51,630 nucleotides of DNA, from positions 1 through 51,630 of the forward strand of contig JBEQBQ010000007.1 of assembly GCA_041639695.1 (NCBI GenBank). The letters are read 5' to 3'. Position numbers and translations under genes: made by a program. This DNA comes from Candidatus Nanohaloarchaea archaeon (GTDB lineage: Archaea; Nanohalarchaeota; Nanosalinia; Nanosalinales; Nanosalinaceae). Positions 45,908 through 51,630 of this stretch are shown piece after piece (position 1 is the first letter of the stretch; every line of letters starts with the position of its first letter). Under the pieces are notes generated by a model, which saw only the letters and a program-made list of their open reading frames with translations, had not been told where the DNA came from and did not search any database.

Positions 45908-46306
45908 TCAAGAGCCATCTCTAATGATGATAACTGCCAAGAAAATTATTGATATCAACCCCAGGAAAGGTCTGAGTGGCTCTATATAAGCCATTATAGT
46001 TGAGCTGGAGAGAAGAGCTAGTAAAACTACATTACATACTGGGCATCCGAATGCAAGAAAACCTGTAACCCCTCCTAGTGCAGCAAACCTTTTATCCAGC
46101 GTACTACATTTTTCCCGCCCGAAGTATACTGCTGCAAGCACAGAAGTTGTCAAAAGAAAGAAGTAATCGAGAAGAGTAATAGGAACCATTCTAACGTAGA
46201 GCGGGTTCGGGATTAATCCGGTAGTTAGACCTGTAGATATAAAAAAACCAAAACCAGCAATTAAACCCGTCAAAAGATTGAATTCATCGATGATTTCTAG
46301 ATCCAT
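45908..46306 (-). CDS. CxxC membrane protein (MerT-like C-half)
   Basis: About 4 TM; GLIPNPLY.RM, FGCPVCN, IEPLRPFLG. Confidence 0.75.
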   Translation of the reverse strand: MDLEIIDEFNLLTGLIAGFGFFISTGLTTGLIPNPLYVRMVPITLLDYFFLLTTSVLAAVYFGREKCSTLDKRFAALGGVTGFLAFGCPVCNVVLLALLSSSTIMAYIEPLRPFLGLISIIFLAVIIIRDGS

Positions 46307-46316
46307 AATCTCTAAA

Positions 46317-46847
46317 CTAGATCCTACAGGTTTCAGGGTTTCCAGTCCTAGTTATGAGAGCTACCAGCAGCAAAACTCCACCTAATCTTAGCAGGTTACC
46401 TCCGAACGGCAGCGAGGCAAGAACACCGCCGAAACCAAGGAGCGACATGACGCCTACCCCGCATGATGCGCATCCGCCCGTAATAAAACCGGGTAAAGCA
46501 CCCAGACTGCTGAGATCTACTCGGTTCATTTTCAATTGAATTACCGTGTTCGTCATCGTTACACCGACCAGTACTGAGAAGCCCGCGGTCAGAATCAATC
46601 CCATATATCCTGTGTTCATTATCAAGCCGGTTAGACGAGTTGTGAAGGCGATACCCCAGTACTGAATCCCGGAGGAAAGCATCTGAACCGAATAAGCCGG
46701 ATTAGCGGAAAAAATACTGAATAGAAAGGTGGCTAGAGCCACTGTTAAAGTGGCAAATGCCCTCTTTTTATCAGCCACCGCGCCTTTCAAACCCTGGAAA
46801 AGTTGCCTTCTCCAGTCAGCCGGATTTATCTTTATCGCGAAACCCAT
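46317..46847 (-). CDS. CxxC membrane protein
   Basis: About 4 TM; GGCASCG; C-terminal PETCRI. Confidence 0.75.
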   Translation of the reverse strand: MGFAIKINPADWRRQLFQGLKGAVADKKRAFATLTVALATFLFSIFSANPAYSVQMLSSGIQYWGIAFTTRLTGLIMNTGYMGLILTAGFSVLVGVTMTNTVIQLKMNRVDLSSLGALPGFITGGCASCGVGVMSLLGFGGVLASLPFGGNLLRLGGVLLLVALITRTGNPETCRI

Positions 46848-46851
46848 GTTA

Positions 46852-47673
46852 TCACTTCATCCACTGGTCTCTTCTCTCAAATAGCTCGTCATGGAACTCC
46901 CAGTAACTGTCCTGCTCATGTTCGTAGACACAGTTAGCTGCCTGGTGTGCCATCGGTCCGTTCGGATGTAGCTGTGGAACCGGATAGTCCTTCGAGATAA
47001 ACTCGACCTCTCCAGTATCTACATACTTGCTCTCTAGATTGTTTGCGATATTCATCTGGTCGATAGGCGTTCTTGATGAGGCATCAATCCCCTGCCATTC
47101 CGCGCAGAACGGACATCCGAACTCGTTGTATTCTACGACTTTTATCGAAGCATTCTCACTTCCTTTGCTTGGTTCTCCCTCTAACTCAATACCTTCAAGA
47201 CTGGTCAGATTTCCAGGTTTGTCGCTTTCTACTTTGTTGATGGCTTGTTCGAATCTTGAAAGTGGCTGTGCACCAGTAATTTTCACGAATCCTTTTTCCT
47301 TGTTTCCTACGAAGAATGTTGGTGTTCCGAAGCTCCCGATGTTTTGAACCGCTTTATTTCTGTCCTTGATAGCTTCCTGGTTGTCTGAGTCTTTGTAGCA
47401 CTGCATAACTTGATCTGTATCGAGTTCAAGATCATTAGAGATTTGCTTGAAAACCTCTTCAGGGCTCTGGCTATCAGCGTTGTCGCTTGAACTATCTGAT
47501 TTGTCTGGACCTATGTCCGTGTTTCCCTGTGGCGAGGTAGTTCCTTGTTGGGATGACACACTCATGGTTCCTGCCGCGAATCCTCCTAAACCGCCAAGAA
47601 CTAATCCAAGTACTAGAGAGGTTATGACTGCTTGGCGCGTGGTAAATTCCAGAGTTATCCCATCTTCACTCAT
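46852..47673 (-). CDS. Membrane-anchored, circularly permuted DsbA/BdbD-type thiol-disulfide oxidoreductase
   Basis: TM anchor; GTPTFF..GAQP (aa 116-137) precedes EYNEFGCPFC (aa 181-190) and AANC..YWEFHDELF. Confidence 0.85.
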   Translation of the reverse strand: MSEDGITLEFTTRQAVITSLVLGLVLGGLGGFAAGTMSVSSQQGTTSPQGNTDIGPDKSDSSSDNADSQSPEEVFKQISNDLELDTDQVMQCYKDSDNQEAIKDRNKAVQNIGSFGTPTFFVGNKEKGFVKITGAQPLSRFEQAINKVESDKPGNLTSLEGIELEGEPSKGSENASIKVVEYNEFGCPFCAEWQGIDASSRTPIDQMNIANNLESKYVDTGEVEFISKDYPVPQLHPNGPMAHQAANCVYEHEQDSYWEFHDELFERRDQWMK

Positions 47674-47739
47674 CTTGAACCACCTGATTCCCTACATATG
47701 GTTTTGAAATAGCTTCTCTGAACTCGATCAGAAGATGTG

Positions 47740-47754
47740 GTATCATATCGATAC
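47740..47754. promoter_or_regulatory. Candidate operator GTATC-N5-GATAC between dsbA-like and hxlR-like genes
   Basis: Inverted repeat in the divergent intergenic region; extra GATAC half-sites at 47795 and 47814. Confidence 0.4.
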
Positions 47755-47821
47755 TAGATATCCGAACGATATTAAAGGCCAAAGTTTAGTTGATGATACA
47801 TGGTTTCGGGGCCGATACAGC

Positions 47822-48196
47822 ATGTCTAAAAACCAGGGCAGAATTCCAGTGTGGTGCAAGACAGAGGAATGGTGCGCTCTTAAGTCCACTTCCAAAATCC
47901 TGGGGAGGAAATGGGTGCCAGCTATAGTATACCACATCCATGAAAACGAAGAGCTCAGATTCTCCCAGATACAAGAGAAGGTGGGCGGCATCACCAATAA
48001 AACTCTCAGCGACAACCTTGACAGGATGGAAGACCAAGGAATAATAGAGAGAGAAGTTAAGAACCAGAAACCTGTCAAGATCAGCTATGGACTTACCGAG
48101 TTCGGCGAAAGACTTGTGCCTTTAATCGAAGAGATGATCTCATGGGGTCAGGACAACCTCAAAGAAGGAGACAAAGAAGAAGCCTGGGTAAAATAA
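47822..48196 (+). CDS. HxlR/DUF24 (MarR-type) regulator with N-terminal cysteines
   Basis: VWC..EWC..ILGRKW, LRFSQIQ, ITNKTLS..L..ME..GII.R, P.KISY.LTEFG..L.P. Confidence 0.9.
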   Translation: MSKNQGRIPVWCKTEEWCALKSTSKILGRKWVPAIVYHIHENEELRFSQIQEKVGGITNKTLSDNLDRMEDQGIIEREVKNQKPVKISYGLTEFGERLVPLIEEMISWGQDNLKEGDKEEAWVK

Positions 48197-48258
48197 ATTT
48201 CTGTTCTGTTGAATTTCAACCGCCAAGATATATACGGCGGAAAACCGATGTTATTGTT

Positions 48259-48483
48259 ATGAAGGAAAACGTTGGCGACACCGACAGCCTGGTGAGAATA
48301 GTGGTTGGTGCAGTAGCCGGCCTGCTATCGCTTGGAATACTTGCAGACGTACTGCCTTCAAGCATGAACCTGCCGGAAATCGCATCTCCCATCCTAGGAG
48401 TTATAGCGATAGTGCTACTGGCAACAGGATTCACCAGCAAATGCGGATTATACTCCGCACTAGGAATCAACACCCGGGATTGA
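48259..48483 (+). CDS. DUF2892 (YgaP-like) membrane protein
   Basis: MKENVG..D..VRI..G and TG..CGLYSALGINT. Confidence 0.85.
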   Translation: MKENVGDTDSLVRIVVGAVAGLLSLGILADVLPSSMNLPEIASPILGVIAIVLLATGFTSKCGLYSALGINTRD

Positions 48484-48513
48484 ACCCCCCCAATTTTTCT
48501 TATTTCAAATATG

Positions 48514-48696
48514 CTAAGACAGAAATCTGTCATAGAATTTTTCAGGCGGGCAGAAACAGGTAAAAGAGCTTTGCAGCAAATTGAGTCCTGCAAATAGCGT
48601 CACCAGGTAGACGTATTCGTGCACAAACCATCCTCCCAGAAAAGCTGCTGTTATTACAAGTCCGGCGAAACGCCTGACAAACTGCTTTTTCTTCAT
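48514..48696 (-). CDS. DUF2892 (YgaP-like) membrane protein
   Basis: VRRFAG..GLNLLQSSFTCFCP; GGAGGTG SD. Confidence 0.8.
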   Translation of the reverse strand: MKKKQFVRRFAGLVITAAFLGGWFVHEYVYLVTLFAGLNLLQSSFTCFCPPEKFYDRFLS

Positions 48697-49985
48697 TCTT
48701 TTTCACCTCCTGAATCTTTCTCTACAGATTTTGATCTGTACCTGTAAACCGACCCAATTAATACAGCAAGAGCTGCAAGTATACCTGCATAGATCAGTGA
48801 TGACTGGGTTCTACCTGTAAGTTCTATTTTTGTTTCCTCGGTAAACGTATAGACCGAGTTATCTCCTTCTTCGCTGTCTCCGTTAGCTCTCAGCTGGATC
48901 TTAAGCTGATGTGTCTTAAGGTTGGCCGATCTGTCGGCCGAGACTTTCAGTACTGCTTCCGCTGTATCTCCTGCTTCAATCTCACCGATATAATTCGATC
49001 GATCCTCAAGGCTGAACGGCTGAGTTCTCTCGGCGATCATTCTCGCGGTGACTGACTCTGCGTCCTGTTCTCCAGTGTTCTTCACTTTAACGTGAAGCTG
49101 TTTTGTAGCTCCGGCTTTCATCTCTGTCTCTGCGTCAACCAGTTCGAGGTCAGACTTTCCTTCAACCCTTAAACGAACTTCTAGGTTTTCCGAGTAGGTG
49201 TTGCCTGATTCATCCTCGTACGTTGTCTCTAGGTCTACCCTGTGAAGTCCCGCCTTGAGTTCTTCATCAAGGTCAAGTGTCAGTGTTCTATCTGCTGATT
49301 CACCTTCCATCAATTTGTTGATGTAGAACTTTTCGTCCTGGGAATACGCGGGAGCGATGTTTTCCGGTGTCTCCGGCCTGATCTCTACTTCTTCCAGAGG
49401 CTTGTTGCCTGTATTTGTGTAGGTTACATGGGCTTCTACGTAGTCATCACCCGGTCGAGGCGTGCCTGGGTCGGTTCTTACAACGTTGCTGGAGATATCT
49501 ACACCTTCGTTGTCGACAGGCATCGAAAACTCCCTGATAACCGTCACGTTTGAGTTCCCGTCGCCAGTCTGGATCTCCACAGGTTTGCCGTTCTCCAGGT
49601 ACTGGATATGGAGCTCAAAGTCGTACATGCCTGTAGGCGCACCTGAATCAACCTTCACCTGGAACCGCTGGTTCCAAACTCCTTCAGGGTACAGGAAACC
49701 GATTGATTCATCCCTGTCATCTTCTATCGTGACATACTCCCGTGTCAAACGGTTATCCGGTTTCAGGACTACTTTAAGCTGCTTGTCTTCATCCCAGGTC
49801 TTGCCGGGATAATTTGTCTCTTGCATATTGGCCGAGATGTTGACCCTGTCACCTGCTGAAATAAATGCAGGATCAAAACTCACTCCATCAAGCTTTGGAA
49901 CTGCCGAAGCCGTGGATACTGAAAATACGATGATCGAAAATGCGAATGCAAACTTGAGTGCCGTGTGTTGTGTTGTTCGTTTCAT
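48693..49985 (-). CDS. COG1361-type exported Ig-like protein with C-terminal TM (RND accessory)
   Basis: Signal peptide; repeated V.NTG..A..V and YIGEI.AG; C-terminal TM; adjacent to MMPL genes. Confidence 0.75.
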   Translation of the reverse strand: MKRTTQHTALKFAFAFSIIVFSVSTASAVPKLDGVSFDPAFISAGDRVNISANMQETNYPGKTWDEDKQLKVVLKPDNRLTREYVTIEDDRDESIGFLYPEGVWNQRFQVKVDSGAPTGMYDFELHIQYLENGKPVEIQTGDGNSNVTVIREFSMPVDNEGVDISSNVVRTDPGTPRPGDDYVEAHVTYTNTGNKPLEEVEIRPETPENIAPAYSQDEKFYINKLMEGESADRTLTLDLDEELKAGLHRVDLETTYEDESGNTYSENLEVRLRVEGKSDLELVDAETEMKAGATKQLHVKVKNTGEQDAESVTARMIAERTQPFSLEDRSNYIGEIEAGDTAEAVLKVSADRSANLKTHQLKIQLRANGDSEEGDNSVYTFTEETKIELTGRTQSSLIYAGILAALAVLIGSVYRYRSKSVEKDSGGEKE

Positions 49986-50001
49986 AGTATAATTTTAAAC
50001 C

Positions 50002-51060
50002 TCATATAATCGATTCTTTTCCGTCTAAGAGTACGATAAGGGTTGGAAGTAGAAATACTGCGCCTATATATGCAGAGATAATTCCTGTGAAGAGGAATAT
50101 TCCGAGCGCATGCATCCCTGTGAGATTAGCCGCAAGTAATGCAAGGAATCCAACGCCTGTTGTCATAGAACCTCCTAGAAGCCCTCGAGATAGCTCTGTC
50201 ATGGTCTCGCTCATTCCTTCAGCTCCCCTCTTGGTGTTGAAGTATTTCTTGGTGACGTGGATACCGAAGTCTATTCCTAATCCCATTATCATCGCGGCCG
50301 AAACCATGGAGATAATCGTCAGATTGGCTCCCAGATATCCGCCAAGCCCCAGCATCCAGATCAGACCGAACATGACAGGAACTATAGGAAACATCATCCT
50401 TTTCAGATCCCTGAAAACCCCAAATAAGACGAGCAGCACTGCTGCAAAAGATACGCCTGTTATCATCATGAAGTCCGAGATAATTACCTGGAACGTGGCC
50501 AGATCGATCATGTTATATCCGGTAAGGTAGTAGTCTTCGGCTGTCTCAGCCTGTACAGCGGCGTGAATGTTGTCGTAGAGTTTCTGTATCTCACCGGAAT
50601 TGGCCTGAGTGTCTGCCCTAATTGCGATCATACCGGTTCTATGGTTATTTGATACCATGCTGCGGTAGTCGAAACTTTCCAGCTTCTCTCCATCTTCTGG
50701 AATGCTGTCATACTTCCTTTCAAGCATCGTGGCCGGCGACTCAACTGATTGAACGTTCTCTGCCTTCTCCACTCTATTACCAATCCTCTGCATCTCCTCA
50801 AGCAGTTGCTCGTTACGGACATCTTTATTTGACTCGAATACGATGTATGTAGTGTCGCCTGAGAACTTCGCTCTCAGGGTATCAAGTGACTCGACTGTTG
50901 GATCGTCCTCAGGCAAGATTGCCTCTGTACTTGGCTTGACCTCGAGATTCAGTGCACCGGGAAGGACCAGAGCCGTCAGCAATCCCATTATAAGTAGGAC
51001 TTTCTTAGGCTGCTCGACCTGGTATTCAACCAGTTTCTCTGCCAGGTTTTCTATAATCAT
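50002..51060 (-). CDS. MMPL/RND exporter half-subunit
   Basis: One TM, extracellular loop, five TM; MGLGIDFGIH; SMTTGVGFLAL. Confidence 0.85.
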   Translation of the reverse strand: MIIENLAEKLVEYQVEQPKKVLLIMGLLTALVLPGALNLEVKPSTEAILPEDDPTVESLDTLRAKFSGDTTYIVFESNKDVRNEQLLEEMQRIGNRVEKAENVQSVESPATMLERKYDSIPEDGEKLESFDYRSMVSNNHRTGMIAIRADTQANSGEIQKLYDNIHAAVQAETAEDYYLTGYNMIDLATFQVIISDFMMITGVSFAAVLLVLFGVFRDLKRMMFPIVPVMFGLIWMLGLGGYLGANLTIISMVSAAMIMGLGIDFGIHVTKKYFNTKRGAEGMSETMTELSRGLLGGSMTTGVGFLALLAANLTGMHALGIFLFTGIISAYIGAVFLLPTLIVLLDGKESII

Positions 51061-51062
51061 GG

Positions 51063-51630
51063 TTAGAAGTCGTGCCTCCATTTGATTGATTCATGGATTT
51101 TCTTCATCACCCTCTCCTCAAGCACAAAGACGGAAGGCAAGAGGAAGAAGCTGAAAATTAAAGCATAGCCTATACCTATTGACATGATTAATCCGAATCG
51201 GTGCATCTCCGGCATCATTCCGGAGAGAAAAGCCATAAATGCGCTGATAGTGGTGATTGATGTTGCGATAATTGCTACTCCTGTCTCTCCTACTGCCTCG
51301 GAGAGTGCTTCACCAACAGTGTTGTCTCTTCTGTGAAATCTGTAAGTGTTAAGTATGTGTACCGAGTAGTCTATGCCAATACCTATTACAAGGGCGGCGA
51401 CCGATCCTGCTAGTGTTGAAAGAGGTATACCAAGGTAACCCATGGTTCCGTACAGCCAGACTACTGAAAGCGCAACGACTAGTAGAGGCATGACTGCGGA
51501 GGAGAAACTCCCCTGGAAAAGTCCCAGGGTTATCAGGAACACGAGTCCGAGAGATATCATCGTTGTAATATTTTTGTCGCGGGAGACCATGGACGAAAGT
51601 CTCTGCTGTACTGCTGGAACACCTGAAATC
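51063..51630 (-). CDS. MMPL/RND exporter subunit (5' end outside the window)
   Basis: IGIGIDYSVH, TSITTISAFMAF; frame open to the window edge. Confidence 0.85.
   Translation of the reverse strand, partial: ISGVPAVQQRLSSMVSRDKNITTMISLGLVFLITLGLFQGSFSSAVMPLLVVALSVVWLYGTMGYLGIPLSTLAGSVAALVIGIGIDYSVHILNTYRFHRRDNTVGEALSEAVGETGVAIIATSITTISAFMAFLSGMMPEMHRFGLIMSIGIGYALIFSFFLLPSVFVLEERVMKKIHESIKWRHDF

Noticed and set aside
113-51085. Many 60-170 aa antisense or alternate-frame ORFs, often Ser/Phe-rich
   Set aside because: Shadows of Glu/Lys/Asp-rich genes on the other strand; no motifs or promoters
1-51630. CRISPR array, tRNA/rRNA, IS element or integrase
   Set aside because: No regularly spaced repeats, cloverleaf or transposase/integrase motifs were seen by eye; a covariance-model search could still find small RNAs

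Overview
Gene-dense archaeal chromosome segment. It most likely comes from a Nanohaloarchaeota (DPANN) ectosymbiont, inferred from archaeal ABCE1, aRF1, S17e and NurA, a very acidic cytoplasmic proteome at moderate GC, tiny intergenic spaces and a TATA box about 29 nt before most start codons. It holds housekeeping genes (rli/ABCE1, rps17e, nurA, metG, valS, prf1, dcd, tatD), surface proteins (two tandem VWA adhesins, a large membrane-anchored subtilase, a gluzincin, a signal-peptide-bearing phage-tail-fibre-like protein, a coiled-coil/Tat protein), many acidic orphan or degenerate enzymes, and a redox/export island at the right end. No rRNA, tRNA, CRISPR array or IS element was recognised. 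Main leads: (1) ABCE1 whose Fe-S domain has lost all eight cysteines; (2) an operon with a circularly permuted DsbA and two CxxC MerT-like membrane proteins, divergent from a Cys-bearing HxlR regulator; (3) a coupled pair of a coiled-coil/HTH protein and a 916-aa EndoIV-like TIM barrel with a ~480-aa insert; (4) an apparently domesticated tail-fibre adhesin islet; (5) metG with no in-frame ATG/GTG/TTG, probably starting at ATT. All family calls come from motifs recognised by eye; no searches were run.
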